DNA of 64,000 nt from Alphaproteobacteria bacterium. GTDB taxonomy: Bacteria; Pseudomonadota; Alphaproteobacteria; UBA828. Of this stretch, positions 1 to 8,921 are shown in pieces; positions within the stretch are counted from its first letter, which is position 1; each line of letters opens with the position of its first letter. The notes below the pieces were generated by a model. The model saw nothing but the letters and a program-made list of their open reading frames with translations, made no database searches and was not told where the DNA came from. The stretch spans positions 544,001 through 608,000 of the forward strand of contig CAXXVO010000008.1 of NCBI GenBank assembly GCA_963422645.2, given 5' to 3'. The position numbers and the translations under genes were made by a program.

Positions 1-445
1 TGCAGAAGGTGCAGCGATGGTCGCAGCCGTTCTGCACCTGGACGAAGGCGCGCGAGCGCGCCTCGTAGCCCGCGATCAGATGGCCGGCGGTCTCGCGCAC
101 CGCCATGATGTCGCCGACCGCCACGCGCTCTTCCGCATCGGGCGCCAGCCCCTCCAGCGTGAGCTTCTCGCGGTTACCGACGACCCGGTCGACCTCGGGC
201 ATCGCGGCGTAGCCTGCGGGGTCGAGCTGGGCGGCGCAGCCGGTGGCGATGATGGTTGCGTCGGGGTTGTGCCGCCTGGCGCGGCGGATCGCCTGGCGTG
301 CCTGGCGCTCGGCCTCGCCCGTGACCGCACAGGTGTTGACGATGATGCCTTCGGTCAGGCCGGCAGCGCGCGCCCGGGCGCGCATGACCTCCGACTCGTA
401 GGCGTTGAGCCGGCAGCCCATGGTGATGACCTCGAGCCCGCTCAT
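1..445 (-). CDS. mtaB: tRNA methylthiotransferase MtaB (MiaB-like), N-terminal part; runs off the window edge
   Basis: Manual translation from ATG 445: MSGLEVITMGCRLNAYESEVMR...IIVNTCAVTGEAERQARQAIRRARRHNPDATIIATGCAAQ (MTTase N-terminal Cys motifs). The start overlaps the dapF stop; dapF-mtaB is a typical alphaproteobacterial arrangement. Confidence 0.88.
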   Translation of the reverse strand, partial: MSGLEVITMGCRLNAYESEVMRARARAAGLTEGIIVNTCAVTGEAERQARQAIRRARRHNPDATIIATGCAAQLDPAGYAAMPEVDRVVGNREKLTLEGLAPDAEERVAVGDIMAVRETAGHLIAGYEARSRAFVQVQNGCDHRCTFC

Positions 446-1263
446 GCCGGCAGCACGCTCGTGAAGCTCGCGGCGGTGGGGCCGGTCATCTCGACGTGGC
501 CGTCCTCGCGCCAGACGATCCCCAACTCGCCCCCGTCTAGGACGACTGTAACGCTGCGCCCGGTGAGCGCCCGCCGCGCAGCCGCGACCGCCGCGGCGCA
601 GGCGCCGGTGCCGCAAGCCTGGGTGAGGCCCACGCCCCGCTCCCACACGCGGAGCCTGAGACGGTCATCGGCAATGCGCTGGGCGACACCGATATTGGCG
701 CGCTCGGGGAAGAGCGGATCGGTCTCCAGCCGTGGGCCGATCTCGGCCAGCGGCACGGCCTCCGCATCGTCGACGAAGAACACCGCGTGCGGGTTGCCCA
801 TGTTGACCGCAACGGCGTCCGAGAGCGGCCCGGCGCCGATCGCGACGTGGAGCGTGTCCATCGCGCGGGCCAGGGGGATCTCACGCCAGTCGAGACGCGC
901 CGGCACCATATCGACGCGCACCTGGCCTGCGCCAGCCTCGTGCGCTGCGAGCGGCCCGGCATCGGTCTCCAGGATCACGCGGTCCTCGCCTGTCTCGTCC
1001 AGCAGCAGCCGGGCTGCGCAGCGGGTGCCGTTGCCGCAGGCCGCAACCTCGCCGCCGTCCTGGTTCCAGAAGCGCAGGTAGGCGTCGGTGCCGCCCTTGC
1101 GCGGCGCCTCCAGGACCACCAGCTGATCGCAACCGACGCCGGTGCGTCGGTCGGCGATGGTGCGCACTTGCGCAGCGTCGAGCGCCATCGGCGCACGGCG
1201 TGCGTCGAACACGACGAAGTCGTTGCCGAGCCCGTGCATCTTGGTGAAGGGAGGCCCCGTCAT
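442..1263 (-). CDS. dapF: Diaminopimelate epimerase
   Basis: FTKMHGLGNDFVV, ACGNGTRC, MGNPHAV and ERGVGLTQACGTGACA motifs; likely start at ATG 1263. Confidence 0.96.
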   Translation of the reverse strand: MTGPPFTKMHGLGNDFVVFDARRAPMALDAAQVRTIADRRTGVGCDQLVVLEAPRKGGTDAYLRFWNQDGGEVAACGNGTRCAARLLLDETGEDRVILETDAGPLAAHEAGAGQVRVDMVPARLDWREIPLARAMDTLHVAIGAGPLSDAVAVNMGNPHAVFFVDDAEAVPLAEIGPRLETDPLFPERANIGVAQRIADDRLRLRVWERGVGLTQACGTGACAAAVAAARRALTGRSVTVVLDGGELGIVWREDGHVEMTGPTAASFTSVLPA

Positions 1264-1344
1264 GGGTGGGGTTATAGCCCGGAATTCCTGCTCGGTCGCG
1301 GCTCGCGTGGCCTCCAGGCGGCGGAGGACGGACAAAGGGCCGCC

Positions 1345-2232
1345 TCAGCGGTCGGCGAGGAAGGCCAGGATCTCCCGCGCGCACTCCTCCGGCGCCTCCT
1401 CGGGCAGGAAGTGGCCGCAGTCGAGCGCGCGGCCCTGCACATCCTCGGCCCGCTCGCGCCAGCTCTCCAGCACGTCGAGCGAGCCGCCGGTCTGCCAGCC
1501 GGGGCGCCGGGCCATGTCGCCGGCCCAGAGCATCAGCATCGGACAGGCGATCTTGCGGCTCCGGTCCGCCTCGTCGTGAACGAGGTCGAGCGCGATGGCG
1601 CGGTAATCCAGGCACATGCAGCGCAGCGTCTCGGGATCGCTGAAGCAGCGGAGATACTCGGCATAGGCCTCGGGCACGATCGCGCCCTCGACGCCGGTCC
1701 AGTGCTCAAGCAGAAAATCCAGGAAGAGCTTCGGGCTGTTGCCGATCAGCGTTTCGGGGAAGGGCGCGGGCTGACGCATCAGGTGCCAGTGGAAGAAGGA
1801 GAACGCGAGGTCGCCGTCCATGTTCTCGAAGACCGCCTGGGAGGCCACCACGTCGAGCGAGGTGAAGGTGCGGACCTGCGCGGGGTGGTCGAGCGCCATG
1901 CGATGGCCAACGCGGGCGCCGCGGTCGTGGCCCACCACGTGGAAGCGATCGAAGCCCAGCGCCGCCATCACCTCGACCTGGTCTTGCGCCGAGGCACGCT
2001 TGCAGTGGTCGTCTAGATCGTCGGAGGCGGGCTTGCCGCTGTCGCCGTAGCCGCGCAGGTCGGGCGCCACCACCGTGTAGTGCTGGGCGAATTGCGGCGC
2101 CACCTTGTGCCACATAACGTGATTCTGCGGGTAGCCGTGGAGCAGCAGCAGCGGCGGGCCCTCGCCGCCTTTCACCAGATTGATGGCGACGGACGAGGTC
2201 TCGATCCGGGTCTTCGTGAAGCCCTCGAACAT
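1345..2232 (-). CDS. Haloacetate/fluoroacetate dehalogenase-like alpha/beta hydrolase
   Basis: LLHGYPQ, PDLRGYGDS, GHDRGARV (Asp nucleophile plus two Arg), FHW, DYRA, CGHFLPEE; start MFEGF at 2232. Confidence 0.85.
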   Translation of the reverse strand: MFEGFTKTRIETSSVAINLVKGGEGPPLLLLHGYPQNHVMWHKVAPQFAQHYTVVAPDLRGYGDSGKPASDDLDDHCKRASAQDQVEVMAALGFDRFHVVGHDRGARVGHRMALDHPAQVRTFTSLDVVASQAVFENMDGDLAFSFFHWHLMRQPAPFPETLIGNSPKLFLDFLLEHWTGVEGAIVPEAYAEYLRCFSDPETLRCMCLDYRAIALDLVHDEADRSRKIACPMLMLWAGDMARRPGWQTGGSLDVLESWRERAEDVQGRALDCGHFLPEEAPEECAREILAFLADR

Positions 2233-2255
2233 GTTCAGATCTTCCGTCTGCAACG

Positions 2256-3077
2256 TCACTGCCGCCCTTCGGCGTTCTCGCCGCGCGCGTTCAACAGGGT
2301 TGGATCGGCGCCGCCTCGCAGCAGCGCAGTAGCGGCCTTGCGATCTTCGCTCCCGACCAGATGCAAGGGGGTGTTGCCGCCGACGGGATCCCGCGCATTG
2401 GGGTCCGCCCCCGCCTTCAGCAGTCTCCGGATCACGTCTGTGTCCCCGGCCATGGCCGCATGGTGGAGCAGCGTGTACCCCTCCGCGTCCCGCGTGTTGG
2501 GATCCACACCGCCAGCGATCATCGCGATGGCAACGCGGGCTCGGCCGTCCTGCAACGCGATCTTCGCAGCATGGCCAACATTCGCACCCGCCTCGATCAG
2601 CGCGGCTGCGGCCCTCGGATCGCACGCAAAGCTCAGCGGTGGGCCCGAATGGAAGTCTTCGTAGTGATAGGGCCCGTCATCGCCCGCAAATATGCCGCGC
2701 TCATCATAGTGCGCATGACGCTCGCCCTCGCTTGCGAAGTTCCCGGAGAACACCTTTTCCCTGTTCGGGTCTGCGCCGCCCTTCAAGAGCGCGGCTATCG
2801 TCTTAAGTTTGGTCGATCGTATGTTGTACTTTTGCTTGCCCCGCGCCATGTCGCGTGGGCACATCAGATGATGCAATGGTGTATTGCCACCATCCAGGTG
2901 AACGTCTGGCGAGGCACCTCCCTTCAATAGCTCGGATACGACCCTTGCCGCGCGCGCATCTTCTCGGGGGCTGAAAAACTCTATTGCCGTGAAGAGCGGG
3001 GTTCTCGAACCGACTGCCGTCAGGTTCGGATTCGCACCGCCTTCGATTAACTTCGCGACCAGAATAGGCAATTCTTT
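2256..3077 (-). pseudogene. Ankyrin-repeat lipoprotein, C-terminal part (split by IS66 insertion)
   Basis: Repeated GANPN/GADPN...TPLH ankyrin motifs; joins in frame to 5870-6288 when the IS66 and one TSD copy (AATTCTTT) are removed. Confidence 0.88.
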
Positions 3078-3219
3078 GTAACTACCCAGGTACCCCAATC
3101 CTGAGTTGAGGACGGTGATTATGGCGGCGGCCGCGGCCTGGTTCTGCCACCGCGATTGGTTCTTGACCTCATAGAGTTGCGGGACTATGGACCGCTCTCT
3201 CGCGTGACGGGAGCGGTCC

Positions 3220-3885
3220 ATGGGGTATTTCGGCTCGAAGGCGACAGCAGGTCTGTGCCAAGCGCTGATTGCGCTGATGCCGCCGCACTCCGTCTACATC
3301 GAAAGCCACCTTGGGGGCGGGGCGCTGATGAAGCGCAAGCCGCCGGCCGTGCGTTCGATCGGCATCGACCGCGATGCGCAGGCGCTCGAGGCCTTCGTCT
3401 GCGACTACCCGGTCGATCTGGTTCACGGCTGTGCCCATGACTTCCTGGCCTCGTTCCCGTTCCTGGGCCCGGAGCTGGTTTACAGCGATCCGCCCTATCT
3501 GCACGCGACCCGCCGCTCGGCGCAGCGCTACCGCTTCGAGTACGAGGAGGCCGGCCACGTCGCGCTTCTCGCGCTGCTCAAGGCTCTGCCCTGCCAGGTC
3601 ATGATCTCGGGCCATCCGTCGGCGCTCTATGACGAGGTGCTGGCGGGATGGCGCCGGCTGGCGCTGCAGGTCACGACCCAGGGTCTGGTGCGAACCGAGG
3701 TCGTCTGGTTCAACTACGCCCCCGACCGGATGCATTGGGCCAGCCACGCAGGCCGGAACTTCACCGACCGCCAGCGCATCAAGCGCAAGGCAGCCAACTG
3801 GGGCCGGCGCTACCAGGCCTTGCCGCCGGGCGAACGCCTCGCCGTGCTCGCCGCCATGATGGCCGTCGAGGCCGAAGACACGTGA
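3220..3885 (+). CDS. DNA adenine methyltransferase (Dam/D12-like, phage type), IS cargo
   Basis: N-terminal GYFGSK, SAM-binding-like YIESHLGGGA, catalytic SDPPY, MISG and EVVWFNY motifs; RBS GGAG upstream; 221 aa. Confidence 0.85.
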   Translation: MGYFGSKATAGLCQALIALMPPHSVYIESHLGGGALMKRKPPAVRSIGIDRDAQALEAFVCDYPVDLVHGCAHDFLASFPFLGPELVYSDPPYLHATRRSAQRYRFEYEEAGHVALLALLKALPCQVMISGHPSALYDEVLAGWRRLALQVTTQGLVRTEVVWFNYAPDRMHWASHAGRNFTDRQRIKRKAANWGRRYQALPPGERLAVLAAMMAVEAEDT

Positions 3886-4977
3886 CGGTGTCGCACTGGC
3901 ACGAAGACCTCGCCGCCCGTAACGAGGCCTTCTGCTGCCTGAAGGAGCTTCTCGAGCCATCATCCCTCGCAACCACTGTCGTCGTTGCCGTCCGGGAATG
4001 GGGGCAGGGGCTGCTGCGATCAGCCACCGCGCTCGCCCGGGAAAATGCCGCACTCGAGCAGGAGAACGCGGCCCTGCGCGAGCGCATCGCCGAACTCGAG
4101 CGCAGCGCGGCCCTCAACAGCACCACAAGCAGCAAGCCCCCCGCCAGCGACGGGCTCAAGAAGAAAAGCGGAGCCCAGAGGCGCACCCAAAGCCAGCGCG
4201 GAAAGTCCGGCGGGCCCAGTGGCGGCCAGCCCGGCCACAAGGGAACCACCCTCGCGCGGAGCGACAGCCCGGACCGTGTCGTCGATCACCACCCCTCCAC
4301 CTGTTCCGGCTGTGGCGTCGAGCTCTCGGACGCCGACCGGCAAGGCGCGCCCGCCTGTCGGCAGGTCTTCGACGTACCCGAGCCGCAGCCTCTCGAGGTC
4401 ACCGAACACCGCGCCCATCGCTGCCTCTGCGGCGCATGCGGCACGCTGACACGAGCCGCCTTCCCGCCGGGCGTCACCGCCCCGGTCCAGTACGGCCCTC
4501 GCATCACCGCTTGGGTGAGTTACCTGCTGTACGCCCAGTTCGTGCCCGAGAAGCGTCTGGCCGAACTCATGAGCGACATCTTCGCGGTGTCCATCTCCAC
4601 TGCCACGATCGCCGCCATGGGCCGGCGCACAGCGCAGCGCTTCGAGGGCTTCCTCGACCATGTCGCCGATCTGATCCGCACGCAGGCGCCGGTCAAGCAC
4701 CTCGACGAGACCGGCCTGCGTATCGCCGCCCGTACCCGCTGGCTCCATGTGCTGTGCACCCCGTTGCTCACCGTCCTGCGCATCGGCGAGGGACGCGGCG
4801 ATGTCGAAAAGAACCTGAAAGGCATCCTCGTCCACGACGACTTCGCCCCCTACTTCACCATCAAGGGCGTCCGCCACGGCGCCTGCAACGCACATCACCT
4901 GCGCGAACTCCAGGCCCTGATCGACATCGAGAAGGAGGAATGGGCGGCGAGCATGCACCGCCTGCTTCAGCGCGCGC
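3882..4977 (+). pseudogene. IS66 transposase (single-ORF type), C-terminal part replaced by foreign DNA
   Basis: NSTTSSKPPASDG, GGQPGHKG, CxxC zinc motifs, RQVFDVP, HLDETG, HDDF, CNAHHLREL; GTG start overlaps the MTase stop (GTGA 3882-3885); sequence diverges from copy 2 after 4977. Confidence 0.9.
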
Positions 4978-5645
4978 TCAGCGGGTACGTCCAGGATCTC
5001 GGGCGCGGGCATCAGCCCTCGCCCTCGTCGAGGCCTGCGTCGCCGGAGAGGCGGGCGGAGAATGCGGTGCGGCGGAGGCGGCGGGCGATGCGGTCTGCGT
5101 TCATGTCCTCCCAGAGCTGGCGCTCGTCGAGCGCGGCACGGAAGAAGCAGCCGACGGCGGAACTCAGGAGGGAAGTCAGGGACCTCCAGGATGTCCGCGA
5201 CATCGTCAGGGCCAGCCGCAGGGAGACGCCCAAGCACTGCCGGGCCGGCGACCTCGACGAAGCCGAGCAGCTCGATGCCTTGCCCGCGCGCGAGCGCCTC
5301 CTCCTCGACGTCATCCGGATGATCGCCTACCGCGCCGAAACCCGCATGATGCTTCCCGTCATGCAGGCGCAGGGCCACAAGCCCCATCCCCGGAAACTGC
5401 TTCAAGCGCTGCTCACCGCCGATGCCGACATCCTGCCGGATCCTGGCAATGGCCTCCTGCGGGTCCACATTCTTGGCCTCGCAAACGACGCCTGCGACCG
5501 TTGGATCGATGCGGTTCTGAGCGACCTGAACGCCACCGAAACGGTCTTCCCCGGCACCCGTCTGCGCATAGTCTACGACATCGACGGGGCCTCGGAATCC
5601 GCGCGGCTCGTGTCACCTAAAATCAGCAGAGGTCAGGAAGTCTGA
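4978..5645 (+). mobile_element. Foreign mosaic segment inside IS66 copy 1: a phage-like gene junction (minus strand) plus the 3' end of an unrelated putative transposase
   Basis: Absent from copy 2, where it corresponds to 60794-61176. About 5140-5645 encodes ...LLDVIRMIAYRAET...DLNATETVFPGTRLRIVY...GQEV*, resembling the C-terminus of an unclassified transposase family. Confidence 0.6.
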
Positions 5646-5869
5646 TCCTGCAAATCCTGGCGCACCCGGAACCGATGCAGCTGATCCCTATACTGCGCTC
5701 CTGAACTTCTCCGGCTCATCCTGAGTATCGCTGTCCTCTCATCTTGTTCGCGACGCGGCGTTCATCATCCTCTCGCGCTCAAGAGAGTAGGCACCCCCGC
5801 GGCGTGGGGGCGTTGACGCAAAAGGAACTGGCTTGTTCCATAAGAGAGAGGGGGTACCTGGGCAGTTAC

Positions 5870-6288
5870 AATTCTTTGTCGCTGCTATTGCACTTGAGGA
5901 CTCTGTGCAAGGCGGAATCGCCTCCTTTCCATTCCTTTTCGCGTCGATTGGGGTTCGCGCCGGCCTTAAGTATAATGTCCACAACTTGTAGAGTATCCGG
6001 TGTTAACTCTCTGCAGACATGGACGTGAAGAGGGGTACGTCCCAGCTTGCCATGAACATTCGGATTCGCGCCGTCCTTCAGCGCAACATGCACCATCATG
6101 GGATTGCTGTCGGTACTCAACACGCGTTTCTCAGGTCCGCTCAGCTTGACCTTTGAATACAAGCCACCCACGGGCGCCGCACAGGCGGCGAGAGAAAGGG
6201 CGGCAAGAAGAGCTAATGGCGTTGCACGCGTTGCAAGAACCCTCATTGCCCCATCGTGTGTGCGCTGCATGTATTTCCTCCTGGACAC
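5870..6288 (-). pseudogene. Ankyrin-repeat lipoprotein, N-terminal part
   Basis: Signal peptide with lipobox (LALLAALSLAAC), then GANPN...GRTPLH ankyrin repeats; ends in KEL at the TSD, and KEL recurs at the start of the C-terminal part. Confidence 0.85.
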
Positions 6289-6499
6289 TCAGGTCACGTC
6301 ACCAATGCACAGGCCGCCCACACCCTTATGGCCGCGGGGACGGCCCCAACGGGTCTGCCGGTGCAGCATAGCAGCTATGCCGGTCGGTGGGGTTCGGTCG
6401 CGCCACGGCCGGACACATATCGGAAGCAGGAAGGGTGTGTGGCTGGCCCGGCATGGGCGCCGGAACACCGGTGACACTCCGGGAACAGGAGGTGAGGAC

Positions 6500-6685
6500 A
6501 TGGACCTTACACCCATCACCCGAACGGTCCGGAAATGGCGGGAGCGTAGCCGTCCGCGGCACGAGCTCCAGCGCCTGAGCGATCTCCAGCTTGCCGATAT
6601 CGGGCTAAGCCGAGGCGACATCGACGCGGTGGTGCGCGGCGACATGGTGCGCGCGCGGCCGACCGGCTTCTATGAGGCTCGGTAA
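6500..6685 (+). CDS. DUF1127 (YjiS-like) small protein
   Basis: WRERSRPRHELQRLSDLQLADIGLSRGDI motif; RBS GAGG before ATG 6500. Confidence 0.85.
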   Translation: MDLTPITRTVRKWRERSRPRHELQRLSDLQLADIGLSRGDIDAVVRGDMVRARPTGFYEAR

Positions 6686-6692
6686 TGAGGGA

Positions 6693-6722
6693 GCCGGGGC
6701 CGGCCTCCGGGTCGGCCCCGGC
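6693..6722 (+). terminator. GC-rich hairpin after the DUF1127 gene
   Basis: GCCGGGGCCG...CGGCCCCGGC inverted repeat; no clear U-tract. Confidence 0.4.
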
Positions 6723-6799
6723 ACCTCGCCTCACATTGAATTTGGCACCATTACGCGCTGAGCGATACTCGCCGGCGGGGTTGGTCCGGAACTGTCTTC

Positions 6800-7936
6800 A
6801 TGCCTACGGTTCTTCAAGTCCTGCCGCGTCTCGGAGGCGGTGGAGGTGTGGAACGCGGAACGCTCGACATCTCTCGCGCGCTAACCGGTGCCGGCTGGCG
6901 CTCCATCATCGTGAGTGAGGACGAGACCGACCGGGCCGCCGCTGCCGAAGTCGGTGCCCGTCACGCGGCGCTGCCGGTGGCGCGCTGTAACCCCCTGAAG
7001 GCGCCGGGTGCGATCCGGCGCTTCGTGCGTCTGATCGCCGAGGAGGAGGTCGATCTCGTCCACGCCCGCTCGCGCTGGCCGGCCTGGCTAGCCTGCTACG
7101 CAGCGCGGCAGACGGGCCGGCCATTCGTCACGACCTTCCACGGTTCTTACTCCGCGGACTGGCCGGGAAAACGGCGCTACAACGCGATCATGACGCGGGG
7201 CGACCGCGTCATCGCGGTCTCAGCGTTCATCGCCCGACACATCGCCGAAACCTATGCCGTCGAGCCCGGCAGGATCAGGACCATCCCGCGCGGCGTGGAT
7301 CTTTCCGCTTTCGACCCGTCGCGCGTGGACGACGGGCGCATCGCCGCTCTGCGTGCTGCGTGGCAGGTGCCGGCAGGCCGGCCAGTGGTGATGCTTCCGG
7401 GGCGGCTTACCGCTCTGAAGGGGCATTTCGATCTCCTGGACGCGTTGGCGCGAGTCGAGACCCGCGTTTGCTGTGTTCTGGTCGGCGCCTCAGACCCGGG
7501 GCACGCGGGCTATCGCGCCCGCATCGAGCAGCGGATCGAAGCGCTGGGCACCACGCACACCGTCCTGCTCGCCGGCCCGTGCCACGACATGCCGGCGGCC
7601 TACATGCTGGCCGATGCCGTGGTCTCGCCGTCGCTCCGGCCCGAAGCGTTCGGCCGCGTCCCCGCCGAGGCGCAGGCCATGGGGCGGCCCGTCATCGCGT
7701 TCGCCCATGGCGGCGCCCTGGAAACCGTGCGTAACGAAGAGACCGGGTGGCTGGTGCCGCCCGGCGATGCGGGTGCGCTGGCATACGCTATACGCGAGGC
7801 GCTGCGCGCAAGCCCCGCCGAGCGCGACCAGATGGCCGCGGCAGGCCAGGCCCATGTGCGCCAAAACTTCACGCTCGAGCGGATGTGCAGCGCGACCCTC
7901 GATGTCTACCGGGAGCTGCTGCCCGCCTCATCGTGA
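6800..7936 (+). CDS. Glycosyltransferase family 4
   Basis: GGVERG, VHARSR, PGRLTALKGH, PEAFGRVPAEAQAMGRPVIA (E-x7-E). Confidence 0.92.
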   Translation: MPTVLQVLPRLGGGGGVERGTLDISRALTGAGWRSIIVSEDETDRAAAAEVGARHAALPVARCNPLKAPGAIRRFVRLIAEEEVDLVHARSRWPAWLACYAARQTGRPFVTTFHGSYSADWPGKRRYNAIMTRGDRVIAVSAFIARHIAETYAVEPGRIRTIPRGVDLSAFDPSRVDDGRIAALRAAWQVPAGRPVVMLPGRLTALKGHFDLLDALARVETRVCCVLVGASDPGHAGYRARIEQRIEALGTTHTVLLAGPCHDMPAAYMLADAVVSPSLRPEAFGRVPAEAQAMGRPVIAFAHGGALETVRNEETGWLVPPGDAGALAYAIREALRASPAERDQMAAAGQAHVRQNFTLERMCSATLDVYRELLPASS

Positions 7937-8022
7937 TCTGGCCGGCGCTGGCTGGACAAGCGCGTGCAGGCGCCCGACACTCCGGTGCGCCAGGGGAGTC
8001 TGAATGCACGCGGGGCGGGGAC

Positions 8023-8784
8023 ATGGACCTCAAGCTGGACGGCAAGAAAGCCATCGTGACGGGAGGCACGCGGGGGATCGGCCACGCGATTGCGCGCAGG
8101 CTCGCGCTGGAGGGCTGCGGGGTCGGCATTTGCGCCCGTGACGGCGCCAAGCTTGACGCGGTGCTGGCGGCGTTTGCAGCCGAGGGCCTCGCCGTGATCG
8201 GCGCCGCCTGCGATGTCGCGGACGGCGACGCGGTGCGGCAATGGACCGCAGCGATGGCGGAGCAGCTCGGCGGCATCGATATAGTGGTCGCCAACGTGAG
8301 CGCGCTCGCGGGCGCACCGGGTGAAGACTCCTGGCGGGCCGCGCTCGAAGTCGACGTGCTCGGCACCGTGCGCACGATCGAGGCGGCCATGCCGCACCTC
8401 GAGGACTCAGAGGCCCCGGCAATCGTGACCGTATCGAGCACGGCGGGCGTCGAGAGCTTCGGCGGGGTCAGGCCCTACAACTCGATCAAGGCCGCCCTCA
8501 TTAACTACACCTCCAATCTGGCCACTGAGCTTGCCGAACGCGGCATTCGCGCGAACTGCGTCTCGCCGGGTACGATTTATTTCGAGGACGGCGTTTGGGG
8601 CACGCGCCGGCGGGAGGACCCGGAGCGCTTCGAGGCGGCGCTCGCGCTCAACCCCACCGGCCGGATGGGCACGCCCGAGGAGGTGGCCGATGCGGTGGCC
8701 TTCCTCGCGAGCCCGCTCTCGGGATTCACCATGGGCGCCAACCTGATCGTCGACGGCGGACTCACCCGGCGCGTGCAGTACTAG
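8023..8784 (+). CDS. SDR family oxidoreductase
   Basis: MDLKLDGKKAIVTGGTRGIG, YNSIK (YxxxK), NCVSPG. Confidence 0.92.
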   Translation: MDLKLDGKKAIVTGGTRGIGHAIARRLALEGCGVGICARDGAKLDAVLAAFAAEGLAVIGAACDVADGDAVRQWTAAMAEQLGGIDIVVANVSALAGAPGEDSWRAALEVDVLGTVRTIEAAMPHLEDSEAPAIVTVSSTAGVESFGGVRPYNSIKAALINYTSNLATELAERGIRANCVSPGTIYFEDGVWGTRRREDPERFEAALALNPTGRMGTPEEVADAVAFLASPLSGFTMGANLIVDGGLTRRVQY

Positions 8785-8921
8785 CCCGGCGCCTATCAGG
8801 TTCAGGGGATCGGTAGACTCCCGCCGCACATTCCGCCTAGAGTTGCTTTCGGACATCGCAATACCGTCGGGTGACGGTATTGCAGAACGCCCAAATAAGG
8901 CCGTCCAGGGAGGGAACCACA

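Larger units (their letters stand above)
3078..5869 (+). mobile_element. IS66-family element carrying a DNA methyltransferase, copy 1
   Basis: Terminal IRs GTAACTACCCAGGTACCCC / GGGGTACCTGGGCAGTTAC (18/19 match); 8-bp TSD AATTCTTT at 3070-3077 and 5870-5877; near-identical copy at 58892-61401. Confidence 0.95.

Noticed and set aside
2256-3221. 321-aa ankyrin ORF starting MDRSRHARE (and the 74-aa ORF at 58811-59035)
   Set aside because: The N-terminus is the IS66 left end read on the minus strand; the true N-terminus is at 5870-6288.
3220-3885. Methyltransferase as part of a restriction-modification system
   Set aside because: No endonuclease or specificity gene lies inside or beside either IS copy; it is an orphan MTase.
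6743-6760. Sigma-54 promoter (TGGCAC) upstream of the glycosyltransferase
   Set aside because: The -12 element reads ACGC rather than TTGC; support is insufficient.
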